A stretch of DNA of 63,777 bases, filler included, from Choristocarpus tenellus KU-1152 (taxonomy: Eukaryota; Protista; Phaeophyceae): NCBI GenBank assembly GCA_964200185.2. It is 13 parts of 13 records of this genome, joined end to end, with 100 filler letters (N's around TTAATTAATTAA, not from the genome) between each part and the next. Parts side by side here need not be neighbours in the genome. Positions count along the whole stretch, not along the records: positions 1 to 7,906 come from CAXNAD020005414.1; positions 8,007 to 13,521 come from CAXNAD020010555.1; 11 more parts are not named here. One strand, given 5' to 3'. A program made the position numbers and the translations under genes. Position 1 is the first letter of the stretch; the number at the start of each line of letters is the position of its first letter. Under the pieces are notes generated by a model. It was not told where the DNA came from. It ran no database searches and worked only from the letters and a program-made list of their open reading frames with translations. Positions 1-12,352 of the stretch are shown piece after piece.

Positions 1-41
1 GAGTGGAGAAGAAGTCAGGGAGTGTAAGTAAAATGAGGTAG

Positions 42-220
42 GGGTCCAGGATGGGGGGGGGGGGAGTGGAGTCTGCACTAGGGTGTCTATTTGATCCATA
101 ACCTGAAAAGTGCACTTACATTATCCATCCAACGAATGCATCCAAAACACCGATAAATCGTAAGATGAAGAAATTGGCCCCAGGTGGACAGCTGCCACCC
201 CCTCCCAGATACTTTGAGCC
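42..220 (+). mobile_element. MITE family A copy (~180 bp), left end degenerate
   Basis: Same internal sequence as 2576-2755 and 18249-18428; right end CCCAGATACTTTGAGCC. Confidence 0.85.
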
Positions 221-255
221 TCCTCGAGATGCTTCGAGAAGGTAGATGTTATGCG

Positions 256-259
<4 letters not shown>

Positions 260-308
<49 letters not shown>
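260..308. repeat. (TG)n microsatellite
   Basis: About 24 consecutive TG units. Confidence 0.98.
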
Positions 309-310
<2 letters not shown>

Positions 311-1049
311 GAGAACATGACGTGCTGAGCAGACACACTGGTAACTGCAGCACAAAACATATTGACTTTAGAACATGAGAGCCACATGTGTGTGTGTTTT
401 GTCGTGGAACCTGGTACCCACACTTAGGCACTTCTGTACAAGTTTTGTTAATATAACTCACTTCAACAATTGCACAGACGAAGAACACCATTCCAACCCC
501 CCCAGAACTATGCCTCTGGACATGATGCCAGATACTTGAATTCTGGGGGGTGTTGATTGTTGTGCGTATGTGCTGGAGTACATGTGCTATATGCAGTGTT
601 TATGTATGTTCTATCACTATTGTATCATGTTGGCGAGCTGATGAATCCAGGATCCTGTGTACATCCAGTTATTATGCAGGTGTGCATGCAAGAAGTTGTT
701 TTGGAAGGATTTTTACCTGCTGTGTAGACACTGCCTCTGGCTTGCGTGATCACAAGCCAGAACGAGAAACCCATAAACAGCACGTAATAATCCTCCAGTC
801 AACCTACCCAGAGCCATGCCTTTATTGCATATGTTGAAAAGCTTAGCGCATGAAAGGCTCTTCACCCAAAGCCGCTGGTTGAGATACACGATGAAAATAA
901 CTGAATTATTAATTGCCCGCCAGCCATCAATTATCTCTGACGTATGAATGAATACTGACTCATCATACTGCTATACACGTTACCTCTTTGCATTGTACCG
1001 AACCAAAGATAAAAATACACGAAACTATGACGCCGGAACAACTCCCTAC

Positions 1050-1697
1050 AGGGATAAAGGTCTTCTGCTGGATGTCACCTTCGCAGAGGTAAAGGCAACC
1101 TCTCACCTCACCCACTCATCCACCAGCAATGGTGTAGCTGCTGCTGCAGCTGAGGCGCGAAAGCACACCAACTACGAGGGCTCCTTTGATCCTCGTAGTT
1201 ACAACCTCAACACCTTTGCGGTGAAAGTTTTGGGCGCCTCGGCAAGCAAGCGAAATGCTTCTGGATGAGCTCGCTACTCACATGGTAGGAGGGAGAGGAG
1301 CGGGAGGATACGGCCGGAAAGGAGTAGTTAAATCCAGGCTACGCCAAATTGTTTCGGTGACTACGCAAGTGGCATTGTCTCGACGTGTCATGCGCTTCAA
1401 ACTAGAGTCACTAGGGAGATGGGCACGGAGGGGTTTGTTGGATTCTTGGGATGCCTCCCTAGCTCCCCCCCCCAGGGCACAGGAGTAGGTAGATGGGAAG
1501 CACAGGAAGAGAGCACAATATTTTATAGTGGTTACGTAACTGATAGATTAGTGGTTTCCACACTTACAATGTTTTATAGAGTTCTTACGTTTAGGATATT
1601 TTATTTCTTTAGGGCTAATAACGACATATCTATAGTTTTCATTGGTTTCCCCCTGACACATCTGCAAAATGACAGAGGGCAAAAATAAAATAAAAAT
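1050..1697 (+). mobile_element. 5'-truncated non-LTR retrotransposon (restriction-like endonuclease type, CRE/R2-like), 3' end
   Basis: Frameshifted peptide LLLDVTF...AAAAEARKHTNYEG...FAVKVLG...LRQIVSVTTQVALSRRV resembles the RLE C-terminus. It is followed by a 3'UTR and an (AAAAT)n tail; second copy at 20454-20843. Confidence 0.7.
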
Positions 1698-1989
1698 ACA
1701 TATCAGCACATATAACATAACGATATCACTAGGTTTTTCGACATCCTCCCCTTGCTGAAAACAAGTACTAACTCTTAAACAATTCACACACACTCAAAAA
1801 ACCCTACAAACATGTCATCACTCTATACGTTCATCAAAAACTTCACATTTTTCCCAAAACTTCTTACTGGCATACTCTTGGTCAACACATCTGCCCTCTG
1901 GTTGTATTACCAACAAAAAAAGAACACGAATCTCTCCTTTTCTAGCTTAATCCCTCAAAAAATGGTGTCGGACACCAATGTGCTTTATT

Positions 1990-3525
1990 CTATTTCATAC
2001 TAGTTTGCATGCACCATCGTTGTCCTCATACATGTCAATGCAACGCCTAGGGAACTGTGGCAGAATAATCTTGCAAACAATTCTCAAGAAAAGCAATTCC
2101 TCTCAGCCACGCTGCTGAGGGCTATATGCTCTCTCTCTGTTGAAGACAGAGCTAAAACCTTTTGAACCTTTGGCATCCGAGATATTGCTCCTCCTGCAAA
2201 CATTATTGCTCCTCCAGTCACTGATCTAAGATCAATACAATCTCCAGCATAACTAGCATCAGCATATGCACTCAACTCTCCCTCAGTATCAAAGCCACCA
2301 AAACTCAATCCAACACTGGGACATGTTCAGATACGCTAAAATATACTTAACTGCACGTCAACGTGTAACTTTGGGATTACTACTGTACTTGGCAACCTCA
2401 CGAAGGGCATTTAAAATATTTTACCTTTTCACAACAGTTGCCCACATCAAACTACACACTGCCCCTCTGTACAGTGTATTTTCATCAACACTTGGATGAT
2501 CCTCACTCTTATCCTTGAGACATTATGGGGCACTGCCCTCTTCTTTGCCCCGTCCATACAAAATCTTTGACAAATGGCTCAAAGTATTTTTTTTGGGGGG
2601 GGAGGTCCTACACCAGGGTGTTCATTTGGGCCCTGACCAGGAAAAGTGCACTTACATTATCCATCCAACGTATGCAACCAAATCACCAAAAAATCGAGAC
2701 ATGGAAAAATGGGCCCCAAATGGACTGCTGCCACCCCCCCCAGATACTTTGAGCCAATACTCTTGACGTACTTATTCTGATTGATGCTGACTGTCTTTGT
2801 AATTCTGTCACGAGAAACCTCATCATAACCCATATAGTATTGAAGGTCACTAAAATTGTCTCTAGAAAACTGCTCATTAATCCTAGAGCAAACCCAAACC
2901 AAAACATCATTTTTACCAGATACAATAAGATTATCAACGATAGGGGATATCACAGAATAAATATCTCGATCTCTTACATAGTGCAACACACAGGGAACCG
3001 CTCTGCATTGCTCAAAACCACATTGTTTCAAAACGTGCACCAAGAAATGTTTAAACTCCTTGCTAGCCTGTTTTGTGCCATAAAGAGCTTTCGCTAAACA
3101 CAAATCTTTCCTGACCATGTATCACATCCATCACACAAACGAACAAAATTCTCTAAACTATTATCTGTTTGGATAAAAGCTTGCTTATTATCCCAATGCT
3201 TCAATTGCCAATCTTTGTCTGCAGCTAGTGCTAAAACTATTCTGAAAGATGCAGGCGATGGTGTTGGAGCAAAGGTACCTTGGTAATCTAGACCCTCAAT
3301 CTGTCGAAAACCTTTTGCAACCAAACGTGCCTCGTATCTAACTACCTCGCCAAATTTGTTAGTCTTACGCTTGAGAATCTATTTAGTGTCTAATGCCCTG
3401 CATCCAGGGGGTAATGCGGCCTCCACTCAAACATTATTCAACAAACCATAAATCACATTCGGGAGAGCTACGTGCTGCTCTTACAGTCTTGGGTTCTGGA
3501 GAGAGCTCATCTGTTTGATTAGACT
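1990..3525 (-). mobile_element. Degenerate Ty1/Copia reverse transcriptase + RNase H, with MITEs at 2576-2755 and 3526-3707
   Basis: EPKTVRAAR; RYEARLVAKGFRQIEGLDYQGTFAP; KALYGTKQAS; YADASYAGDCIDLRSVTG; ALSSTERE; stops and frameshifts present. Confidence 0.93.
2576..2755 (+). mobile_element. MITE family A, full length, TSD AAT
   Basis: TIR GGCTCAAAGTAT...ATACTTTGAGCC with AAT on both sides. Removing it restores the Copia RT frame (YVKSI|CQRFCM). Confidence 0.95.
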
Positions 3526-3707
3526 GGCTCAAAGTACCTGGGGCTGGTGACGGCTGTCCATTTGGGGTCAATTTTTTCACGTCGCGATTTTTGGGTGATT
3601 TGGTTGCACATGTCGGACGGATAATGCAAAAGCACTTTTCCTGGTTTTGACCCAAATGGACACCCTAGTGTAGACCCCCCCCCCCCCCCCCCGAGATAAT
3701 TTGGGTC
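3526..3707 (-). mobile_element. MITE family A, full length, TSD ACT
   Basis: ACT-GGCTCAAAGTACC...ATAATTTGGGTC-ACT. Removing it gives the in-frame read IELEESNQTDELSPEPK on the minus strand. Confidence 0.93.
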
Positions 3708-4000
3708 ACTCTTCCAACTCTATCGAGCAGTTGTGGTAAACTATTTATGGAGTAAGAGAACAATCAATAGTGATTAAGTTATCAGAGAACAATTTACTAG
3801 TGATTAGCTATATGACAACATTTCTCATATAAAAGGAAATATTTCTGATTTTATGGGGTGGTGCATGCCGCTCTCAGCTTTAATCAATCACTCCACAGAA
3901 ATCATGCAATCTCCCTGGGTTTATCACCTTTATTCTGATTGAGTTGGGCAATACTTTAACACAATATATTGGACCTTAGGTTTCTAATCCGTCATTTCAT

Positions 4001-5240
4001 CATGTCTTCACATAAAGATGTGATTCTACCTGTTCCTGCCGAGGGCCCATCTGTTCAAGAACTCTGGCAGCTTATGGCGACGGTAGCGGATCTGTTAAGA
4101 AACGTTGGCAATCTCATGTTGCAGTCTAATAGAGTCAGCGACGGAAATCATACCGTCGTCCAGGCTGTTGTGTCCAGCACACAGCCTCAGGCTGGGCATG
4201 TACCAGTCGAAGTGGGTCCTATGGAACTCATGTTGAGGGAAAATTTCCCAGAGAGGGGAAACATTTCGGATGCTGTGAGCGTTAGAAGTGAGGTAAGCCG
4301 GAGGTCCGGTTCTTCAGTGAGTTTTAGATCAGGCGCACATATTGTTCACCCTAAGACTAAGAGGTTAAGGACTCAGCCACCGAAATTATTTGATGAATCA
4401 GACTAACGGGACTGGTGGAGGCGTTTTATCGTGCATTGTTGATATACCCATGGCTTAAGTGTGTTGACAAGTGAAAGACCGTTTAACCCAGAACGCTCCT
4501 ACGAGGAACTTCTCTTGGATGGGTTCAGTGCGAATGATATCTGGATGGCCAAAGAGGCTTACTGTGCACTTACTGATGCTCTTGTCGCATCTACCACCAG
4601 GGATCTGTGCTATATGCACCAAAACCCGAGTGAGCTTTTCTGAGCAGTTGATGATTGGTTCATGCCTAACATAGTGGGTAACAGCAAACATTTGTTCTGT
4701 GAGTTTTTCTCTTCGAAGGTGGAGAAGGGGGCGAATCTGCTCCTGACCTTAATCCAATTGAAGGAACTACGGGGAGGATGCTAAATATTAATGAACCTCG
4801 TCATCTCGGACAAGCTGCTACTCCTACAGTTTCTGAGTGCTCTCGGATCAGATGTACGATACCGAGATACGTATGATGGCCTCGCAGAGGACAGTAGTAT
4901 GTCGAGCAGACGTAGAGAAAACTGTTAGAGAGCGATATGCTTCCCTTCATGAGGGGAAGGACTCAAGACACAAGAACAGCGAAGCTTAGGTTGTTAGCAG
5001 CTCACCACAGAGGAAGAATCAGTCTTATCGTAACGGCCAAGGTCGTGAATTGGAACGTAAATTTCATGGTGGAAGAAAGAAAAATGGTTCTAATCCCAAC
5101 CCTAAAAGTTCCGAGAAGTTTCCTTGTGAGAGGTGTGGTAAGAATGTACACGAGAAGGGAGCTTGCCCAAGCCGCATTTGAACCAAGTGTGATGGACATG
5201 CCCACGATGCTACAACATGTACTTCAGTGTTCATGACTAT
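4001..5240 (+). mobile_element. Degenerate LTR-retrotransposon gag with Cys/His zinc-knuckle-like remnants
   Basis: Stop-interrupted reading frame (PPKLFDESD*RDWWRRF...ELF*AVDDWFMP) ending in CERCGKNVHEKGAC and CDGHAHDATTC. Confidence 0.55.
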
Positions 5241-5317
5241 GGTGGAGTCTGGGAAAGAAAAGAACGAGACCGAGGCGAAACCTTCTCACATTACTGTGGA
5301 AAGTTCGACCAGCAGTG

Positions 5318-5400
5318 GGGTCAAAGTATCTGGGGGGTAGTGGTGTTTAGTGATGGGGCGTCCGTTTCGGCCCTGACGGGGTGCTCAAAAATTATAACAA
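5318..5400 (+). mobile_element. Left end of MITE/DNA transposon family C
   Basis: GGGTCAAAGTATCTGGGGGG followed by GGCGTCCGTTT, as at 33957, 43207 and 57865. Right boundary not resolved. Confidence 0.7.
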
Positions 5401-5992
5401 TTGCTGTCTTCAGTCATGGACGGACAAGTCGCTGTCTTTTTTTTATGCATTTTGGAATCAAATGCTCTTAGGACCTGCGCTTGGCGCTTGAGTGAGTGTA
5501 GACTATGTGATTATGTCTCAGGGGAAGTTGCCGTTGGGTTCAAAGTTTGGAGTTGGGATGATTGCCACCGTTTGGATTGGGTGTGGAAGAGGGGTAATCA
5601 GTTGTGAAAATTTCGACTTGTGCTGAAGATGGTGGTACGGAGTACAAGACGGTTCTGCGTCAACATTATTTTAGCAAGGTTTCTGTCAATTTCTCTGTGG
5701 TCCGATCAATGCAAAGAGGGAAGGAAGAAGGACTAGGGCATGGCAGCAAAGGTATTAGAGGATAGTGGCAGGACGCACTAATGGAGATGAAATCTAGGTT
5801 GCCACCGGGCAATAAAAGCATGTGTATGAGGACACATACAAACTCTTCAGGAAGATATTGAAAAATCAACATACCAAATGGGTAAGTCTGTTAATTTCGA
5901 GAATGTCCGACCTCTCCATCACAACATGTCTGTCGAGGCATGGGTCTGATTGGCGAAGTAGAGGGTGACGCACGAACGGGAATTGGTCTAGG

Positions 5993-6070
5993 TAGCTCCT
6001 CATAATCATGTCTCTCGTCAATAAGAGGGCATAGCTCCTCATAATCGTGTCTCTCGTCAATAAGGGGGCA
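5993..6070. repeat. 39-bp tandem duplication (2 copies)
   Basis: TAGCTCCTCATAATC(A/G)TGTCTCTCGTCAATAAG(A/G)GGGCA twice; reads CPLIDERHDYEEL x2 in the 5891-6241 ORF. Confidence 0.92.
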
Positions 6071-7289
6071 GAGGGGGCTTGTCCAGAACCAGGCCCGTGT
6101 AGGAGCGTCTTGGTCAATACTGTAGCGTTCGACAAGAAGCTGGATATTTCTCAAGTCGCCATTCTCCCATTTGACCTCATAGGGGTAGCTGACTCGTTCA
6201 TCTCCAACGTTCACCGTGTAGTGGGGCTGGTACTTGGTCACGGTTCCTCACATCCACTGGTCATCCCATCTGAAGTATAGTTAGACAATGAATACTTAAT
6301 ACATTGTAGATATGCAATATACATGTTACAAGAGGGGCTTGTGGCATCGATTCCGCTGACTGAATTGATGTAGGTGAGACAAGTGCAGACTACCATGTGG
6401 GTTTTGCAACGTCCACATGGATAATCAGAAAATAACAATATCTACGTATCGTATGTACCATATATGATATATCAACGGATAATCTAATATTAGGTCCCTA
6501 CAATACAAGAACGTTGGGTAGAGCTCAACAAAAATATGTTTCCATGTATCTGGCTCTACCTTTCCTCCACTACTCCACCGGTGGTGTGTTTATCTTTCCT
6601 AATCTTCCCCACCGGTGGTGTCTATACTGTATCAGTAGCACAATGTACGAACAATAGTCCGCTGCCCTTGGCACCGGCATTGAGTGTTTCTCCCTCATCT
6701 AAGTCCGGCACAGCTCTCAGAGTCGGTTCAAGGAGTATATATTTCTCCGTATCCTTCTCCATGTCCCTACGCTTATACTGGTGGCCAACCATCGACCGGC
6801 GGCGTTGTCTGGCACGCTGTCCTGTAGCCTCGACACTGTCCCTCTTGTTCTTTTCCCGAAGTTGTCGACACCCTCCTCTATCTCGTCCTCTGTCATGTAC
6901 GACCTCAGATGAGGGGGCAAAGATTTTTTGCCATCGTCCGGAAGGTAGGACACTGAGTAAATGTATGCCCCTGAATCGTCCACATGAACATCGCTGACCT
7001 TCCCCTGTACGATAGACCCCCCACTCGCGCATAGGACGAAACTGGTTCCTGGGCCGAACCTGGCGTCGGATGTGTCCCTAAGTCTGAGTTACCTGGAGAA
7101 GCGGGCAGGTATCCCACCGAGGGATTGCCGGTTGGATTCTGAGGTGAAACTCTGGTATTGACCAGGTAGGATCGTGAACGCGTTGTCCAGGTGGTTGTGG
7201 TAGATGTCTGTGAAGTTCGGGACGATGATAGCCTGAATGGGCACGACACGGGGACTCGGTTATGCGTCCTGCATCACCACAAACGTGTT

Positions 7290-7547
7290 TGTTGAAAGTA
7301 TCTTAGAGGGTACGAGTTTTGCCCTGTTTATCCATTTGGGGCTTGACTTCCCATGGGTTCTTTTATGACGTTTTTCCTACTCAAAAATGTTTAGGTGCAG
7401 GTAAAGTGTATGTGTTATGAAAACGTGTCCGGAACATGGATATTGACACTTGCTAACAAACACGATAGTCAAAATTACATCAAAATCGCAACATTGGATT
7501 TTGGCCCTCAAATGGACGCGGGTCTACCCTCTAAGATACTTTGGCTC
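7290..7547 (+). mobile_element. MITE family B (~255 bp)
   Basis: TIR AAAGTATCTTAGAGGGTA...TACCCTCTAAGATACTTT-GGCTC; colinear with copies at 13877, 44167 and 44844. Confidence 0.92.
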
Positions 7548-7849
7548 GGGTTGCAAGGGCTGTGTTGGTGTGTTGGACTATTGGCATGTGTTTGCGCGAG
7601 ATGGCCTTGTCTGGTTGTGTAGGGGTGTTGTTTGTTTTGGTTTTGAGGAATGGAGAGTTTCATGTAGGATAGAGGGGATACACTTAGGCAGCAAAATTAA
7701 TGAATGGGATACGCTTATTTGCCCTATGGAACTTGTAAAATATTATGTGAAAGTTGACGATTGCGGTTGTAGAGTAGGAGAAAGAAATGACACTGGTTTG
7801 GATGCCAGGGTTGAACATTATGAGAGGATTATATTTGTATATGAGGGGA

Positions 7850-7906
7850 GGCTCAAAATATCTGGGAGGGGGTGGCTGCTGTCCATTTGGGGTCAATTTT
7901 TTCATG
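7850..7906 (-). mobile_element. MITE family A, cut by contig end
   Basis: GGCTCAAAATATCTGGGAGGGGGTGGCTGCTGTCCATTTGGGG runs into Ns. Confidence 0.88.
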
Positions 7907-8006
7907 NNNNNNNNNNNNNNNNNNNNNNNNNNNNNNNNNNNNNNNNNNNNTTAATTAATTAANNNNNNNNNNNNNNNNNNNNNNNNNNNNNNNNNNNNNN
8001 NNNNNN
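7907..8006. other. Artificial contig spacer N44-TTAATTAATTAA-N44 (also at 13522, 17878, 23908, 29648, 34026, 37202, 43239, 48174, 51651, 56150, 60708)
   Basis: Twelve identical 100-bp spacers containing an all-frame stop linker. Confidence 0.98.
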
Positions 8007-8698
8007 CACCTCCCGCTCCGAGAAGGACCCCGGGTCCCACCCCCCCCCCCCCCCCCCCCCCCCACAAAGTCTGATTTGTCCCGTGGGAGGATATCATTAT
8101 AGCAAATGTACATTCACATTGTCACTAATTATTATTCTGAATGATGTAAAGTAGTATGTTCAAGCAACTCTGAAGGTGAAGTGAACATATACTCTCTATA
8201 GACCTGACCTATATCAGAGTGCAGCTATCAATTCCATCAGGAACCATTTGAAGAAACTCTTGTAAATAGTACAATAGTACTCCATGGTTGACATCCTCCC
8301 TGTGAATAATGTAAAACACAAAGTAATCCACTAGAACTACAGGTCCTACCTTCTTTCCCTCTAGAGGGGCCAATATCAAGGAAAGCCTCCATTGAGTTGG
8401 TGCTCGTTCAAGGGTTGCCGGAAATGCAACAGGTGCTGAAGTCAAGAAAAGGTAAGTTCACACATTCATGTTAACAAGGCTGAGGCCCAACCCATATCCT
8501 ACCGACTAACTCCCTTCAGACGTCTCATCACTCTATACCAACTCCACAGCCCTTGTGGCTAAGGTGGACTACTACATCAGATTATCATGAAAAACTTCAA
8601 AAGCCGGGGTTTCACCATGAATATCCTTGTCCAAGTTTAACCACCTGCCTGAGGCAAGGAAATTTCTGTGTGGGTAATCTTAAAAGATGAAGAAATTT

Positions 8699-11600
8699 CT
8701 ATGTGTTGGGCTGCATGCGCCCAAAGAGATTGCTCATTTTTTGATCAGGCTCTGAGGCAGAAGGGGCAAACTGTGAGGTTGATGCATAAAAGGCTACATT
8801 ACGTGCACGGGGATCCAGCAGACACTGGACAACGATCTCTGCTGCATCAGCATGGGCAATCTTACCAATGTTTTCTGGATCCTGTTCAGGCACACACACC
8901 GAGCAAACAGAGGTTGTACAGGGCAAGGTAGGACAGTCAGAAAGACTTTTGTGGGGGACGTGGGGAACACTGCCAATATCAAACTTTGGAAAATAACATC
9001 TGCATACACCATCTGTACAAACAAACTGCATCAGTTCATCGTTCAGAATCATGGTGAGCCCCCTGCCTAGGGGTTCACTGTACTCACATTGTGACAGAGG
9101 ACTTCAACTATTCATCTGTTTGCTCTTTTCCTCCCATTCACAACTCAACCACCACAAACAAAACGTAACCAGGCACATCTGAGGATAGATAGGACTTCCA
9201 AAGGCGATCGATCATACATATACCTCTGTATCTGAACAAACCTCTAGAGCATTACACCACCATAGCCTTCTACCCTTCAATGAACTCCTTGTGTGTTGCT
9301 TCAAATCTTCTAGACTCCGTGAAACCACAACTCTTGGCTAGGCATCTTCCTTTGGATCACTTGCAATCCTCTCCATGTACCTGCTTAATCTGGATGGCCT
9401 GAACCCCGCCTGGTGCTTTGTTAAATCCACCAAGTCGAATGATAGTATATGCCAATCCAGAATTGCGCAGAGTTTCCTCTGCCTTGGCGCAGAAGTACCC
9501 CTTGGGACTAGTCTCTTTCAGTTCCTGTTTCGGAGGGGTGAGTGTGGTGTGCTGGTCAGCCAGTGTACATCTCATTGGCAACAAGAGGGTGCACTACACT
9601 CTCCACTATCTCTCTCCACTACCCTAAACATCACTACATCAAAGAAAAAAAAGATGAAGTGCATTTCGATTAACTCTCCAGTGCTACATACACAGGGGGG
9701 AAAACCCCCCAACTAATTGTGTTCTTGTTTGAAATCAGAGAGTCAAGGGGGCAGCAGTTTTCTCGGCGGTGAGGAAAGAGATACCCCAGACTCCTTGGCA
9801 TTTCAATGCAATGCAATTGATGCTGGCTTTTGTTGTGACTGAGGGCAAAAGACAAACAGCAACCCCCCCCCAAAATGCGCACCTCCAACTCCTTTTCATA
9901 ATTGCTGTCTGTCAACGGAGGTATTGCTGCAGAGGATAGGTACACAAACTCTGGTTCCATCTGGGTACGGTACACCTATTAAACCATAGAGTGCAGCACC
10001 AACCCACAAAGGAAAATAAAAAAGTGAGAGAACAATCAACGAACAATGGTCTCATTGCAACCACACTTGCCTGCCTCCTCGCAGTAGTGACAGGGCAATG
10101 CACAGCAAACAGAATCTTCTTGAACATTAGACATCACGTTCACAAGGAGTTTAGTACCTAACACACTGGGTATTGAGCAGGGAAAGGAGGTTTCACTCTG
10201 AGAATTGTCAATGTTATATGCCTGTGACCCGAAATACACGGGAATCAACTGCATACTGATGATGATGATATACACGCATAGATGTACCATGTGCAGCATA
10301 ACAGCCACATACATACTAACATGCACATACTAATATGGACATACTTCATCTCCCCTACCAACTTCCCTCAACTAACATACTCCCATGCACATACTAACAT
10401 ACACATACTAATATGCACATACTTCATCTCCCCCACCAACTTCCCTCAACAGCATATGACAACAAAGGTCTACTCACAGCACGTGATACTTCTAACAATT
10501 CGAGCAATCATTTCCACACTCTACATACGTCCATCACACGGAACTAACTCACACCTTGGCGTCTGCAATGCTTATCCCGTCCTTACCCATCAAAAATCAA
10601 CACATGATTTTCGTGCCAGGGGTTGTGTGATGTGAATAGGCCCTTCCCCCACCAAAAAAGATTTCCTATGTAGGCACTTCAATGATACCAACAACTATGC
10701 CGTTCAACTACACTATCAAGTAGGTACTTCAATGTGTCAACAAGAATGTGGTTCAACTACACTATCAAGTAGGTACTTCAACGCGTCAACAGGAATGTGG
10801 TTCAACTACACAATCAAGTAGGTACTTCAACGTGTCAACAAGAATGTGGTTCAACTACACTATCAAGTAGGTACTTCAATGTGTCAACAAGAATGTGGTT
10901 CAACTACACGATCAAGTAGGTACTTCAACGTGTCAACAGGAATGTGGTTCAACTACACTATCAAGTAGGTACTTCAACGTGTCAACAGGAATGTGGTTCA
11001 ACTACACTATCAAGTAGGCACTTCAACATGTCAACAGGAATGTGGTTCAACTACACTATCAAGTAGGTACTTCAAATGTGTCAGCAGGAATGTGGTTCAA
11101 CTACACTATCAAGTAGGTACTTCAACGTGTCAACAGGAATGTGGTTCAACTACACTATCAAGTAGGCACTTCAACATGTCAACAGGAATGTGGTTCAACT
11201 ATACTATCAAGCAGGTGCTTCAATGCATCAACAGGAATATACTTCAACAATATCACCAAGTAGGTACTTCAATACCACCCACAGATACACCCTGGCAATG
11301 GTACTATTTTAAGTACAATATCAATACTCACTACGCTGAGTGTGGATCACTGCTACAAGCTGTGCAGCCTAATTGCCTCACTGACTAGTCACATCAATAT
11401 GTATTACCCTACCCCTTCATCCCCTGACGGGTCTCTTTTAAAATATGGTACATTTGATACATGTATGATACATGTATGATACATACCCATATTCTGTGAT
11501 AAATATCGTTACAATTGTCACCCTGGTGCAAACACCAAAAAAATATATATGAAGCACAAACTTCATTCAGTTAATCTACGCTCCCCACTCTGTCACACAC

Positions 11601-12301
11601 AAAGAACACGGCATCTTGTTCACCCTCCATTAACCCAGTGATTTGTCCACACACACACACACACACACATATATATAATGAAGTTGATAGGAAGAAGATA
11701 ACAAAAACATTAATGACACCTCCGTCTGCACTGTACCTCTGAGAACAAAGAGTAAACAATACTGACTGACCTTGATGAAGTGTAATGAGAGGATGAAGGC
11801 TGGCGTGTCGAAAGGAGTTCTATTGTATGAAATGGCGAGCTGTTTGACCGTAGAGCGGTCCAGCTCCATTCCCACCTCAACTTCCACAGACTCCCCGTTG
11901 TAACAGGGTTTGAAAGATGAGAAAGGAATCCGATGCGTCATCCACTTGTTCGGCTTGGTCTGAACAGTTCAGAGAAACACATCCAGAAGTAGTTGGTGGA
12001 ACGATCTCTATTCAATAGGGATACTGTCGATTCTTACAGTCACTTCTACATCAAACCTTGAACCCAGCATGCTCTCATTTTCGCAAAAGTTCCCAACCTT
12101 TTCAATGAATTATGATACAGTGGGCATGGTCAACGACCGACAGACCTTGGAACCAGACCAGGCTGAAGGGTGATCCGTAGTCCCGTTGTAAAAATAGGCA
12201 GTATGTATACCGAGCGGTCAGCTATGGGATATCCTTCTCGTGGTCATGAAAAGATGTGCATGCAGAGGGCTTCAAAAAAAACATTCACTAGTGTCTGTCA
12301 T

Positions 12302-12352
<51 letters not shown>

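Noticed and set aside
116-491. THTHTH-repeat ORFs (also 12170-12541) and the many SKYLGGG / PPPRYF ORFs
   Set aside because: Translations of CA/TG microsatellites and MITE termini.
493-555. Small inverted repeat CCCCCCAGAA...TTCTGGGGGG as an ncRNA
   Set aside because: More simply explained as decayed MITE termini; no other support.
7951-7962. Recurrent TTAATTAATTAA as a biological motif
   Set aside because: Always centred in identical N blocks; it is an artificial six-frame stop linker.
10705-11272. CRISPR array
   Set aside because: Whole 49-bp units are near-identical with no unique spacers; no cas genes; lies in a eukaryotic intron.
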